Source of the DNA: an uncultured Alphaproteobacteria bacterium
Lineage (GTDB): Bacteria; Pseudomonadota; Alphaproteobacteria; RF32; CAG-239
Assembly (NCBI GenBank): GCA_934248075.1
Contig: CAKQKH010000006.1
Location: 13,474-77,473 of the forward strand
Direction of reading: 5' to 3'
Length of the DNA stretch: 64,000 bases
Positions 46,662 to 58,617 of the stretch are shown piece after piece. Position 1 is the stretch's first letter, and each line of letters begins with the position of its first letter. The position numbers and the translations under genes are program-made. Below the pieces are notes generated by a model that was not told the origin of the DNA, searched no databases, and saw only the letters and a list, made by a program, of their open reading frames with translations.

Positions 46662-47097
46662 ATTGTTTCTTGAAAGCCAAACGGCCGGATTTTCGCGCAT
46701 AGACTCGCAACGAGCGCAGATAACGACGACGAGCGCCGCGCATATGATCGACAATCATCTCGTAGAAGAGTTTCTCAACTTCATCATGAGCCTGCTCAAC
46801 CCGTTCTTTAGCCAGATTAATAGTGATTTCCGCCGCCGGAACAACCTTCTGAGTTAAGATTTTGCAATGATTCTGCGCAACGTCAGCCACCCCGGAATAA
46901 ATAAAAAACTTCTCTTTCTGAGTATTGGCGCGACCGGAAATTTCCAAAACTCCGAAATCCAGCACAAACACGCTCGGCGCCCTCTCAGGCAGAACCTCAA
47001 TCGGCGCCCGCACAGCCGGAATAATCACACCGGAAACACTTTTTTCCAAGAATACTCCTGTCGGTGACTCGATTGTCAGTTTTAATTCATTGCTCAT
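46660..47097 (-). CDS. atpC: F0F1 ATP synthase subunit epsilon
   Basis: 145 aa. L..I.SP.G.F N-terminal beta-sandwich pattern. Its position after atpD supports the call. Confidence 0.9.
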   Translation of the reverse strand: MSNELKLTIESPTGVFLEKSVSGVIIPAVRAPIEVLPERAPSVFVLDFGVLEISGRANTQKEKFFIYSGVADVAQNHCKILTQKVVPAAEITINLAKERVEQAHDEVEKLFYEMIVDHMRGARRRYLRSLRVYARKSGRLAFKKQ

Positions 47098-47139
47098 AAC
47101 TTAACCTCACAACACTCATCTAACGCAAGTTTAGAGTCT

Positions 47140-48726
<1,587 letters not shown>

Positions 48727-48755
48727 TTAAGTTTCTCCTCATAAAATTCATTTTA

Positions 48756-49664
48756 TTATAATGCTTCAGCACCTGAGATAATCTCAATTAATTCCGTTGT
48801 AATCGCCGTTTGCCGCAAACGATTGTATTTTAAGGTCAGTTTAGCAATCATATCGCTGGCATTGCGGGTGGCGTTGTCCATAGATGTCATCCGCGCGCCG
48901 TGTTCAGAAGCCTGAGAATTCAGCATATATTGAAAAAAGATTGAAATCATCATCAACAAGACCGTGTCGATCAAGATCTTTTGTTTGGGAGCGTCATACT
49001 CATAAAACGCATTATCGACTTTATTGTCGTAGCGTTCATCAGCGTCATCAATCGCGTACGGAATAAACGATTCCACCTTAACCTCACGATTAATCGCTGA
49101 ATTAAAATGAGTATAAATCACCTCGCATACATCAAACTTTTTCTCGGTATATTCGCCGATAAGACGCTCGCAAATAGTCTGCAATTCTCTATAATCGGCG
49201 CCTTTGGCGGCAACACCGCTCAAGATTTCAACCTCAATGTCAGGCAATCGGTGTCTGATTCCGTCACCGGCCTTTTTGCCCAGACTCAAAACTTTGACAT
49301 TTTTGCCGTTTTTGCGCAATTCTCTAATCCGGCGCACAGCTTCGCGTATCACATAGGCATTGTAGCTTCCGCACAACCCTCTGTCAGACGAAAAAACCAC
49401 CAGCAAATAATTATCCGGAGTCGCCACCGGCTGAATCAGCTTGGGGAAAATATAGCGAATATTGGTACCCTGCTCGTCTTGCTTCATCTCTCGATACAAG
49501 CGACCAACCACGGTCATCAAATCTTCGCTATAATGCTTGGAGCGAGTCAAGACCTCTTGGGATCTACGCAACCGAGCCGCCGCCACCATTTTCATGGCAG
49601 AGGTTATCTTCTGCGTCGATTTAATACTCCCAATGCGAGTTCTAAGCTCTTTTAAGCCCGCCAT
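48756..49664 (-). CDS. atpG: F0F1 ATP synthase subunit gamma
   Basis: 302 aa. N-terminus MAGLKELRTRIGSIKSTQKITSAMKMVAAARLRR, C-terminus ITTELIEIISGAEAL. Confidence 0.95.
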   Translation of the reverse strand: MAGLKELRTRIGSIKSTQKITSAMKMVAAARLRRSQEVLTRSKHYSEDLMTVVGRLYREMKQDEQGTNIRYIFPKLIQPVATPDNYLLVVFSSDRGLCGSYNAYVIREAVRRIRELRKNGKNVKVLSLGKKAGDGIRHRLPDIEVEILSGVAAKGADYRELQTICERLIGEYTEKKFDVCEVIYTHFNSAINREVKVESFIPYAIDDADERYDNKVDNAFYEYDAPKQKILIDTVLLMMISIFFQYMLNSQASEHGARMTSMDNATRNASDMIAKLTLKYNRLRQTAITTELIEIISGAEAL

Positions 49665-49667
49665 AAC

Positions 49668-51221
49668 TTATGCCGCCTTTTCCAGTGTTTCGCCAAAGCG
49701 CTTGGCAAAGTTGGTGTAAAACTCCGTCAGCTTCTTGTCCATATCTTCAGAAATAACCTTTTGTTCGGCAATTTCCTGCAGATATTCCAGATGATTGGCG
49801 CGCATTTCCTGCAAACCTTTTTCCTCAAAGGCCGCCACCTTATCCAGCGGCAGCTCGTCTAAGAAACCGCGCACGCCGGCAAAGATAGAAACAACCTCTT
49901 CTTCCACTGCCAACGGCTGATATTGCGGTTGCTTCAACATCTCGGTCAACCGTGCGCCACGAGCCAACAGTTTCTTAGTTGCTCCGTCCAAATCAGAGGC
50001 AAACTGAGCAAAAGACGCCATCTCGCGATATTGCGCCAAATCCAATTTCATGGTGCCGGCAACTTGTTTCATCGCCTTAATCTGCGCGGCAGATCCCACA
50101 CGAGAAACCGAAATACCGACATTCACCGCCGGACGAATACCCTGATAGAACAAACTTGTTTCCAAGAATATCTGGCCGTCGGTAATTGAAATCACGTTCG
50201 TCGGAATATATGCAGATACATCTCCGGCTTGGGTCTCAATAACCGGCAAAGCGGTCAAAGAACCGGCGCCCTCGGCGTCATTCATCTTCGCTGCGCGTTC
50301 CAACAAACGAGAATGCAGGTAGAACACGTCGCCCGGATAAGCCTCACGTCCTGGTGGACGACGAAGCAACAAAGACATCTGGCGATATGCCGTGGCCTGC
50401 TTGGACAAGTCATCATAAAAGATTACCGCGTGCATGCCGTGGTCACGGAAATACTCGCCCATCGCACAACCCGAATAAGGAGCGATATATTGCATCGGCG
50501 CCGGATCAGAGGCGGTTGCCGCCACTACAATAGTGTAATCCATTGCCCCATAGTCTTTGAGAGTTTTTACCACTTGCGCTACGGTAGAACGCTTTTGTCC
50601 TATCGCCACATAGACGCAATACAGTTTATCTTTCTCAGATTTGGCCGCGTCATTAATTTTCTTTTGGTTAATAATGGTATCTAAGATGATAGCGGTTTTA
50701 CCGGTCTGGCGGTCGCCGATAATCAGCTCGCGTTGCCCGCGTCCGATAGGTATCAGCGAATCAACAATTTTCAAACCGGTTTGCATCGGCTCATGCACCG
50801 AGCGTCTGGGAATAATTCCCGGCGCCTTGACATCGGAGCGGCTGTATTCCTTAGCCTTAATCGCTCCCAAACCATCAATCGGCTCGCCCAAGGCATCAAC
50901 CACGCGACCAAGCATTTCTTTGCCGACCGGCACACTAACAATCTGGTCTGTGCGCTTAACCATGTCGCCTTCTTTAATCTGTTGGTCTGAGCCGAAAATA
51001 ACCACGCCGACATTGTCTTCTTCAAGGTTTAAGGCCATGCCCTTAACCCCGCTTTCGAACTCAACCAGCTCACCGGCCTGAACTTTATCCAGACCATAGA
51101 TGCGGGCAATACCATCGCCGACGGACAAAACTTGTCCAACCTGAGCGACATCGGCTTTCAGATCCGATTTAGCGATTTTATCTTTGATAATGGAAGATAT
51201 TTCACTGGCAGATACCGACAT
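49668..51221 (-). CDS. atpA: F0F1 ATP synthase subunit alpha
   Basis: 517 aa with GDRQTGKTA (P-loop) and typical alpha-subunit blocks. Confidence 0.97.
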   Translation of the reverse strand: MSVSASEISSIIKDKIAKSDLKADVAQVGQVLSVGDGIARIYGLDKVQAGELVEFESGVKGMALNLEEDNVGVVIFGSDQQIKEGDMVKRTDQIVSVPVGKEMLGRVVDALGEPIDGLGAIKAKEYSRSDVKAPGIIPRRSVHEPMQTGLKIVDSLIPIGRGQRELIIGDRQTGKTAIILDTIINQKKINDAAKSEKDKLYCVYVAIGQKRSTVAQVVKTLKDYGAMDYTIVVAATASDPAPMQYIAPYSGCAMGEYFRDHGMHAVIFYDDLSKQATAYRQMSLLLRRPPGREAYPGDVFYLHSRLLERAAKMNDAEGAGSLTALPVIETQAGDVSAYIPTNVISITDGQIFLETSLFYQGIRPAVNVGISVSRVGSAAQIKAMKQVAGTMKLDLAQYREMASFAQFASDLDGATKKLLARGARLTEMLKQPQYQPLAVEEEVVSIFAGVRGFLDELPLDKVAAFEEKGLQEMRANHLEYLQEIAEQKVISEDMDKKLTEFYTNFAKRFGETLEKAA

Positions 51222-51223
51222 TA

Positions 51224-51775
51224 CTATTCACCTTTCATCATAATTTCCAAACGATTGAGCTTTGCCGCAATCGTATCGTCAAACATTTTAGACCCGATTC
51301 TAATCCGCAAACCGCCGATAAGCTCAGGCAAAATTTTTACTTTAAGCACAATTTGTTGTTGCATTTTCTGCTCCAACACCGCAGATATTTTCTTAGTCTG
51401 CGCCGCCGTCAGCTTAACCGCGCTTTCAACCTCTGCTTCCGCCATATTTTGATGACGATAATACAGATGAACAAACTCTTCAAGAATCAACGGCAACTCA
51501 GCAAACCGGCGATTTTGCCAAATAGCGACCAAAGCATTTGCAGTTTCCGTCGTCAGCTTTAATTTTTTGGCAATCTCCGCCAGCACCGACTGTTTATCAG
51601 CCTCTCCCCACAACGGATTTGTCATGTATTTAACCAACTCCGTGTCAGAAACCATTGCCTCGCGCAACGCCGTTATATCCGCAAAAACTTTTGTCAGCGT
51701 TTTTTTCTCGACGGCGGCTTCCAGCAGTGCCTGAGCATAAGTTGCAGCAATCTTGGTTTTAGAAATTTTCTTCAC
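51224..51775 (-). CDS. atpH: F0F1 ATP synthase subunit delta (OSCP)
   Basis: 183 aa with [13 protein letters not shown] near the N-terminus. It is the first gene of the cluster. Confidence 0.9.
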   Translation of the reverse strand: MKKISKTKIAATYAQALLEAAVEKKTLTKVFADITALREAMVSDTELVKYMTNPLWGEADKQSVLAEIAKKLKLTTETANALVAIWQNRRFAELPLILEEFVHLYYRHQNMAEAEVESAVKLTAAQTKKISAVLEQKMQQQIVLKVKILPELIGGLRIRIGSKMFDDTIAAKLNRLEIMMKGE

Positions 51776-51985
51776 GTTTCGATTCTCTTATTTTCAAACT
51801 TAATATAAATTATACGGCAATTAGTTTCTTTTTTATTAATATAAATGACAAGTAAAAAATAAAAAGTACTAAAATGAATTTATCGAATGATTTGAGCAAC
51901 TGCGGCATCGGGTTCGGCGCATTGGCGAATAAACATATATCCGCCCCGCGCAATTTGCTCTCAAAATCAGATCAACAACCTCCTC

Positions 51986-54157
51986 CTAATAAAAAGAATA
52001 CGGATCAATATCCACCTCCACCCGCACCGATGACGGAGGCTTAACCTTAGAAAGCCATTGGCGCAAAACATCTTGAATAGGGATATTTCGAGTTGTTTTC
52101 AGCAACAAACGATAACGATATTTGTTACGCAACATAAAGATTGGCGCCGGCGCCGGCCCCAAAGTCGTGATGTTGGCGTCATTAAAAGCCGCTTGCCCCA
52201 ACCATTGCGCCGTACGCTCGGTGTCTCCGGGATTAGGACCGGAAACGATTATCGCCGCCAGCTTGCCGAATGGCGGCATTTTCAAAATCTTACGCGATTT
52301 TTTTTCCAAATTCAAAAATTCCGCGGCATCACCTTTAACCAATGCTTGCAAAACAGCGTTTTCTGGATACAAAGTTTGCAGATAAACCGTGCCTTTTTTC
52401 TCGCCGCGGCCAGCGCGCCCCGAGACTTGAGACAGGAGCTGATAGGTGCGTTCTGAGGCACGCAAATCACTCCCCATCAGCCCCAAATCGGCATCTACAA
52501 TTCCCACCAAAGTCAAGGCCGGAAAATGGTGTCCTTTAGCCAATATTTGCGTGCCGATTAAAATATCCACATCGCCTGCCTCGGTCTCTTTTATAACCTT
52601 GTAAACCTCTTGAAAATTAGTGGTGAAATCGCTCGACAACACTCTTACCCGCGCCAACGGAAAACGATAACGAACTTCTTCCGCTACCCGCTCCACTCCC
52701 GGGCCGCACGCCGTCAAACCTGATTCGGAATGACATTCCGGACAACATTCGGGAATATCGGTCATAAAACCGCAGTGGTGGCAGACTAATTTATTGGCGC
52801 GGCGATGCTCAGTCAGCCAAGCGGTGCAATTTGGGCATTGAATCCGATGCCCGCAATCACGGCAGATTACCAGCGGAGCATAACCACGACGGTTGAGAAA
52901 CAACATAGTTTGCTCACCCTTGTCCAAATTGTTTTTAATCTGCTCAACCAAAGTCGGCGCCAACCAAGAAACACCCCAAGACCCTTTGAGCGGTTTGTCG
53001 GTTTTAAGATCAATGATTTTAATTTCCGGTAATGATGCCTCGGCATAACGGCTTTTAAGCACCAGCTCGTCATATTTTCCATTTTCGACATTGACCACGG
53101 TTTCCAAATCTGGCGTTGCGGTTGAAAGGATTATTGGAATTTCCTCAAATTTAGCGCGCACCACCGCCATATCGCGCCCTTGATAATTAACCGCATCTTC
53201 TTGCTTAAAAGATTGATCATGACTCTCATCAACAACTATCAACCCCAAATCGGCATACGGCAAAAACAGCGCCGAACGAGCCCCGACCACCACTTTGGCA
53301 GCGCCTTCGGCCACCGCTTTCCAGGTATCGATTCTTTCCCTGTTTCCCAACGCCGAATGCCATTTAGCCGGTTTAACGCCAAACCGCTTTTCAAACCGCC
53401 CCAACCATTGACTGGTAAGGCTTATTTCCGGCACCATAATCAAAACCTGTTTGCTCTGACGAATAGCCTCTGCCACCGCCTCAAAATAGACCTCCGTCTT
53501 ACCGGATCCGGTAACACCGTTAAGCAAGGTAACCCTAAAACCGTGTCCGACTTTGCGTACCAAATCATCAGCGGCCGCCTGTTGCTCTTGTGTAAGGTCA
53601 ACCTTTTGAAAATCGACCACCGGCTCGGCAAACAAACGCTTGCTCTCAATCATCACCGGACGCAAAACCTGCGCGTCAATCAAAGTCTTAATCACCGTTT
53701 GCCCGACCCCTGCTCCGGCCGCTATCTCACGACGACTAAGCGGCATTGGTTTAAGCAACTCCAGCACTCGCCAGCGAGCATCGGAATTTTTGAGCTTGGC
53801 CTCAGCCAGAGTTCTACCGGAAAGTTCATACAGCACATTCATCTTAGGATCATCAAAAACTCCGCGCACCGATAGCACCATCTTGAGAACCAGCCCGCAA
53901 TAAGCCAAATTATATTTGGCCACAAACTCCACAAACTTGCGCAAAACTGGCGACAACGGCGGCAGATTTATACGCTCCGAAACTGTCTTAATTTTGCTAT
54001 CGTCAAGCTGTGATGTTTTACCGATTTTCCACACTGCGCCAACCAAAACCTCGCGCCCGAACGGCACCCGAACCAATTCTCCCAACACGCACTCCCCCTC
54101 AACTTTATAGTCAAAGGGTTCATTAAATGGCAATGGCAACAAAACGCCTACAATCAC
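51986..54157 (-). CDS. priA: primosomal replication restart helicase PriA
   Basis: 723 aa with GVTGSGKTEVY (Walker A), DESHD and Cys-rich zinc motifs (CRDCGHRIQCPNC..CHHCG..CPEC). Confidence 0.95.
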   Translation of the reverse strand: MIVGVLLPLPFNEPFDYKVEGECVLGELVRVPFGREVLVGAVWKIGKTSQLDDSKIKTVSERINLPPLSPVLRKFVEFVAKYNLAYCGLVLKMVLSVRGVFDDPKMNVLYELSGRTLAEAKLKNSDARWRVLELLKPMPLSRREIAAGAGVGQTVIKTLIDAQVLRPVMIESKRLFAEPVVDFQKVDLTQEQQAAADDLVRKVGHGFRVTLLNGVTGSGKTEVYFEAVAEAIRQSKQVLIMVPEISLTSQWLGRFEKRFGVKPAKWHSALGNRERIDTWKAVAEGAAKVVVGARSALFLPYADLGLIVVDESHDQSFKQEDAVNYQGRDMAVVRAKFEEIPIILSTATPDLETVVNVENGKYDELVLKSRYAEASLPEIKIIDLKTDKPLKGSWGVSWLAPTLVEQIKNNLDKGEQTMLFLNRRGYAPLVICRDCGHRIQCPNCTAWLTEHRRANKLVCHHCGFMTDIPECCPECHSESGLTACGPGVERVAEEVRYRFPLARVRVLSSDFTTNFQEVYKVIKETEAGDVDILIGTQILAKGHHFPALTLVGIVDADLGLMGSDLRASERTYQLLSQVSGRAGRGEKKGTVYLQTLYPENAVLQALVKGDAAEFLNLEKKSRKILKMPPFGKLAAIIVSGPNPGDTERTAQWLGQAAFNDANITTLGPAPAPIFMLRNKYRYRLLLKTTRNIPIQDVLRQWLSKVKPPSSVRVEVDIDPYSFY

Positions 54158-54276
54158 TTTTATTTCTCCTTGCGCTCATCATAACAGCCTTAGTCGTTTT
54201 CTCAAACACCTTTACAATTTACGCACAAAAAAACATCAAGAATTTTTTAACTATCTGAAGCTAAAATAATATTATT

Positions 54277-55218
54277 ATGAAAACAGAAATCAAATATCCC
54301 GCCTCTACCAGTGTTTTGGAATACATCAAACGCTGGCAGTCTTGGCTGCAAAATGAGCGGCGTTATTCTCCTCACACGCTTGACGCTTATAGCCGTGATT
54401 TGGCTGATTTTTTTAATTTTTTTGCCGACCGTCAAAAACACCCCGTTGATATCGCCGACTTACAAAACGCCGATGTCCGAATTTTTCGCTCTTATTTGAG
54501 CAAACGCGCCACCCAATATATTGAGAAATCTTCAATCGCTCGCGAACTTTCCACCATCAAAAATTTTTATCGCTGGCTATCTCTGAACAACCTGATAGAA
54601 AACTCCGCCATCAGCGTTATCGGCACGCCGAAACGCTCCAAGTCTTTGCCTCGCGCCTTGGACATTGATCAAACTTTTAATGTGCTGGATGTGGCCGGAG
54701 ATTTTGCCAAACAAAAGTGGCAAGGGCTTAGAGATATCGCCATTTTTACAATATTATACGGATGTGGTTTGCGAATTTCTGAAGCCCTGTCGCTCAATTT
54801 GGGTGATATCGACCATAACAACTTCCTCAAAATCAAAGGCAAGGGCAACAAAGAACGTTTGGTGCCGATGCTTGATGAAGTTAAAGAAAAAATAAATGCT
54901 TACCTAGAGGCCTGCCCCTATGATATCAAAAACGGCGAACCGTTATTTTTGGGAGCAAGAGGTGAAAGATTGAGTCCGCGCATTGTGCAACGAACTCTGG
55001 AAAAAATCAGACGATACTTGGGCCTTGCGGATAATTTGACGCCCCATGCTTTACGCCACTCTTTTGCCACTCACCTTTTGGCTAACGGGACAGATTTACG
55101 CTCCATACAAGAGCTACTGGGCCATGCGTCCCTTACCACGACTCAGCGATACACCGATGTTCAAATCGAAACATTGCAAAAAGAGTATAAACAGGCGCAC
55201 CCATTAGAAAAATCATAA
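54277..55218 (+). CDS. tyrosine site-specific recombinase, XerC/XerD type
   Basis: 313 aa with an N-terminal SAM-like core-binding domain (WLQNERRYSPHTLDAYSRDL). The catalytic blocks are GLRISEAL, HALRHSFATHLL and LLGHASLTTTQRYT. I cannot decide XerC versus XerD by eye. Confidence 0.9.
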   Translation: MKTEIKYPASTSVLEYIKRWQSWLQNERRYSPHTLDAYSRDLADFFNFFADRQKHPVDIADLQNADVRIFRSYLSKRATQYIEKSSIARELSTIKNFYRWLSLNNLIENSAISVIGTPKRSKSLPRALDIDQTFNVLDVAGDFAKQKWQGLRDIAIFTILYGCGLRISEALSLNLGDIDHNNFLKIKGKGNKERLVPMLDEVKEKINAYLEACPYDIKNGEPLFLGARGERLSPRIVQRTLEKIRRYLGLADNLTPHALRHSFATHLLANGTDLRSIQELLGHASLTTTQRYTDVQIETLQKEYKQAHPLEKS

Positions 55219-55220
55219 TC

Positions 55221-55255
55221 AAAAAAAAATCCGATCGACCGACCGGATTTCTTAT
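55221..55255. terminator. bidirectional hairpin between the xer gene and convergent rpmG
   Basis: A9, aatccg ... cggatt, then a T-rich tail. Confidence 0.6.
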
Positions 55256-55259
55256 TATC

Positions 55260-55427
55260 TTACTTCAATTTCTTCTCAACGAACTCTTCATGTTTTTTTG
55301 ACTTCTTGTCATATTTCTTCAAAGTCAATTTTTCCGGATGAGTTCTCGGATTTTTCTCTGCCAGATAAAAAGTTCCGGTACCAGCGGTACTTTCCAATTT
55401 AATTTTAACTTTTACTGCTTTTGCCAT
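55260..55427 (-). CDS. rpmG: 50S ribosomal protein L33
   Basis: Not in the ORF track because it is under 60 aa. My translation of the minus strand is MAKAVKVKIKLESTAGTGTFYLAEKNPRTHPEKLTLKKYDKKSKKHEEFVEKKLK (55 aa). Confidence 0.9.
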   Translation of the reverse strand: MAKAVKVKIKLESTAGTGTFYLAEKNPRTHPEKLTLKKYDKKSKKHEEFVEKKLK

Positions 55428-55473
55428 TTCTTTATACTCTTGTTAATATTAAGATTTAAAAACATTTAGGCGT

Positions 55474-55501
55474 AATATACATTTTTTTGCGCCGCTGTCA
55501 A
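55474..55501 (-). promoter_or_regulatory. sigma70-like promoter of rpmG
   Basis: On the gene strand: TTGACA, 16-nt spacer, TATATT. It lies about 45 nt upstream of the ATG. Confidence 0.5.
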
Positions 55502-55520
55502 CCATATTTTGCAAAAATAT

Positions 55521-56618
55521 TTACATTTTCAGCAAGATTGCGGCTATTTCCGGCTCCAAAGCGCTATCTGAACGGCTCTCGCGTCCACAGTTTTCATCTT
55601 TGCCGGCGGATATCAATTTAGACACATCTTTATTTTCTGGCATTTCATAAGTGCAAATATCAGGCACAACTCCTGTTTCGGCTAGTTTAGCGCCAGACGG
55701 CGTATATAAATACTCGCCACTCAATGACAATGTTCCGCCATTTGGCAACTTTAGCAAATTTTGGATTGTTCCTTTGCCATAACTCCGCGTCCCCACTACC
55801 TTGGCTCGACTTTGCTCCTGCAACGCCGCCGTCAAAACCTCCGCCGCCGATGATGTCTGCCCGTCAACCAACACCACCAACGGTTTATTGCTTGCGACAT
55901 CTCCGTCTTTGGCGCTGTAATATGTAACTTCATTAGGATTACGGCCGCGCACCGAGGCTATAATTCCCTCATCTAAAAACAAATCGGCAACTTCCACCGC
56001 TGTTCCCAGCTGCCCGCCTGGAGACGCTCGCAAATCCATAATTATGCCCTGATGCTGCGGATATTCCGCCAAAGCGCTCCTGATATCGGCAACACTGAAA
56101 TTATTAAACGCGCCAATCTTCAAATATAAATTATCACCGTCCATGCGCGCGCTGAAATTTCGGCGGTGCGGCAACCGTTTTTCAGCATTTTCCATTCCCG
56201 AATAATATTTAGAATCTTTATCCAAACTCTTGACAGTGTCCGCCATCATCAAATCAATCAGCTCAAAATCATGTTTTGCGGCAACGGCTGAATTATGCAA
56301 AACCAAATCAAGAATTTTTCCTCCCAGCTCCGACCAACCGTCCGCATCATCATCATTCTGCGGTTTATAGAGGCTTTTTATCAGTCTGCCCCTATAATAG
56401 ACACTTATCTTATCATTATCATCGGCCACCTGCAAATTTGCATCAATCGATCGAGCGCTTTTAAGAAAAATTGTGGCAAATTGCGCTGTTGTCATGGATT
56501 GAACATATTGCGCCGGCACTTGTGAAAACAACAATCGCAAGGTGTCCTCTTCCGCCGCTTTGGCCGCACCGGAAAACAGCAATGAAATCACAATCAGCGT
56601 TTTGAGTGTCTTTTGCAC
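55521..56618 (-). CDS. S41-family (C-terminal processing) peptidase-like protein without a recognisable PDZ domain
   Basis: 365 aa with a signal peptide. The S41 core is GIIMDLRASPGG, LVVLVDGQTSSAAEVL (Ser nucleophile region) and GTRSYGKGTIQ (Lys). The start overlaps the rnr 3' end by 25 nt. Confidence 0.8.
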   Translation of the reverse strand: MQKTLKTLIVISLLFSGAAKAAEEDTLRLLFSQVPAQYVQSMTTAQFATIFLKSARSIDANLQVADDNDKISVYYRGRLIKSLYKPQNDDDADGWSELGGKILDLVLHNSAVAAKHDFELIDLMMADTVKSLDKDSKYYSGMENAEKRLPHRRNFSARMDGDNLYLKIGAFNNFSVADIRSALAEYPQHQGIIMDLRASPGGQLGTAVEVADLFLDEGIIASVRGRNPNEVTYYSAKDGDVASNKPLVVLVDGQTSSAAEVLTAALQEQSRAKVVGTRSYGKGTIQNLLKLPNGGTLSLSGEYLYTPSGAKLAETGVVPDICTYEMPENKDVSKLISAGKDENCGRESRSDSALEPEIAAILLKM

Positions 56619-58615
56619 TTGTTGTTCCTCCTGCCCTTGTTTTCAGTCACAACTTTTCTGCCGCCTTTTTTAGCATAATAAGCCTCGCCGTCTTCGGGAT
56701 CAATATACTTAAAAATCAAGCCGCCGCTGATTGGTGATGCCTCTAACAATTTTGCTTTTAATACATCGCCAAAAGCAAATTCTCGATTGGTAAAACGCCC
56801 CAATAATCTGGTATTGCCGTTTTCCAAAACATAATCATCATCTGGCAGCGATGATAACGGAATCAACCCTTCTGCTCCCAAGGTGTCTATTCTGACAAAC
56901 ACTCCCGCGGTTGAGATACCGCTGACCGTAACCTCAAACTCTTGTCCCACTGCCGGTTGCAAATAAGCCGACACAAAACGCGCCGTCAAATCTCGTTCTG
57001 CATTAACGGCCTTGCGCTCGGTTTCGCACAAATGCTGCGCCGTGTCGTCAAATTTATCCGCCTCGCGTTCGCTCAATCCGCCTCCCTCGGGCAGGTTCAA
57101 AGCGCTCACCAGCGCCCGATGAATCAGCAAATCGGCATATCTGCGGATAGGAGAAGTAAAATGAACATAATCTTTAAGTCCCAATCCGAAATGACCGATA
57201 TTTTTCGGACTGTATTGCGCTTGAGCCTGCATACGCAACACCAACTCGCTGATTCCCTGTTGCTCGCCGCTGCGCTGACATTTTTCAATAAGTTTATTAA
57301 AATGTTCCGGCTTTAAGGCTGCCCAATCCGGCAATTTCATATCCAGATTTTGCAGCAAATCTTTCATGTCAGCCATTTTTTCCTCCGGCGGCCGATCATG
57401 AACTCTGAACATAATTGGTTGTTTATATTTTTCCAGCGTCAGAGCCGCCGCGTTATTGGCTGCTACCATAAACTCTTCTATCAGTTTATTGGCCAGCAGA
57501 TTTTCTTCCGGAGCAATCGACTTAATTTGTCCGTTTTTATCCACATTAATCTTTATCTCCGTTGTTTCCAGTTCCAAGGCTCCACGCTTTTGCCGCGCTT
57601 TGTCCAAAGCCAGATAGGCCTGATACAACGGCTTAACATATTTCTCCAGCTCCGGCATTTTTCCGTCAATGGCCAGTTGCACGTTTTTATAAGTCAAACG
57701 CGCGGACGACTGAATTACCGCCCGCTTAAACTCAAATCCAGTTAACTTTCCGTCATTATTGATACTCATCAGACAGGCTATTGCCGCCCGCGGTTTATGT
57801 GGCATCAAAGAACACAGATTATTGCTGAGTTTTTCCGGCAGCATCGGCACCACCATATTGGGCAGATAAACCGAATTTCCTCGGCGTTTGGCTTCTTTAT
57901 CCAATGCGGTTTCCGGCCGCACATAAAAAGAGACATCGGCAATCGCCACAATCAGATTATAGCCCAAAACCGTTTTTTCGGCCCACACCGCATCATCAAA
58001 GTCTTTAGAATCATCACCATCAATCGTTACCAAATCCACGCTGGTCAAATCCAACCGATCGCCCATTTTCATTTTGGGCAGCCCCGCCAACTCTTTAGTA
58101 ATTTTCTCATCAAATTCATAAGGAATTTCATACTTGTCCAGCACCAGCGACGCCGTCGCTTTGTTCAAGTCAAATCTGCCGAAATTTTTAACAACTCTGG
58201 CTTGTTTAAACTTTCGATCGCCGGATAGCTCAACCCGCACAAAGTCTCCGTCTTTCAACTTGCCGCATTTTTCCAGCAAATAATCCATTTTGGCGTTTTT
58301 CTCCGCCGACTTCAGATAAAATTTACCCTCGCGTTTTTCTACAATTCCATATATTTTTTCACATTCCTGCAAAACCGTCCTGGTGCGCGCGGTCGGTTTC
58401 ACCCACCACAAACTGCCATAGTTTGAGACTTTGCCGACAAATTCATCGCCCACTCCCAACGGAGGCTTAATCCGACGATTTTCCAGCACCAACAATGGTT
58501 CTTTTTTGCCTTTGGTTCGAGCCAGCAAATCTCCGCCCGGCGTAATCTGAAACACCTCAAAAACGCCGTCCGCTCCGTCAATAAAATCGACTTTATTCTT
58601 CTGTTTTTTTTTCAT
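56594..58615 (-). CDS. rnr: ribonuclease R
   Basis: 673 aa with an RNB catalytic domain (TIDGDDSKDFDDAV, HFGLGLKDYVHFTSPIRRYADLLIHR), an S1 domain and a basic C-terminal tail. Confidence 0.93.
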   Translation of the reverse strand: MKKKQKNKVDFIDGADGVFEVFQITPGGDLLARTKGKKEPLLVLENRRIKPPLGVGDEFVGKVSNYGSLWWVKPTARTRTVLQECEKIYGIVEKREGKFYLKSAEKNAKMDYLLEKCGKLKDGDFVRVELSGDRKFKQARVVKNFGRFDLNKATASLVLDKYEIPYEFDEKITKELAGLPKMKMGDRLDLTSVDLVTIDGDDSKDFDDAVWAEKTVLGYNLIVAIADVSFYVRPETALDKEAKRRGNSVYLPNMVVPMLPEKLSNNLCSLMPHKPRAAIACLMSINNDGKLTGFEFKRAVIQSSARLTYKNVQLAIDGKMPELEKYVKPLYQAYLALDKARQKRGALELETTEIKINVDKNGQIKSIAPEENLLANKLIEEFMVAANNAAALTLEKYKQPIMFRVHDRPPEEKMADMKDLLQNLDMKLPDWAALKPEHFNKLIEKCQRSGEQQGISELVLRMQAQAQYSPKNIGHFGLGLKDYVHFTSPIRRYADLLIHRALVSALNLPEGGGLSEREADKFDDTAQHLCETERKAVNAERDLTARFVSAYLQPAVGQEFEVTVSGISTAGVFVRIDTLGAEGLIPLSSLPDDDYVLENGNTRLLGRFTNREFAFGDVLKAKLLEASPISGGLIFKYIDPEDGEAYYAKKGGRKVVTENKGRRNNKCKRHSKR

Positions 58616-58617
58616 GC

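Noticed and set aside
54277-55218. The tyrosine recombinase as a phage or integrative-element integrase marking a mobile island.
   Set aside because: Its size, N-terminal core-binding domain and C-terminal HSFATHLL / LLGH..TTQ.Y motifs are Xer-type. The neighbours (priA, rpmG) are housekeeping genes. I saw no flanking direct repeats, tRNA target or phage genes.
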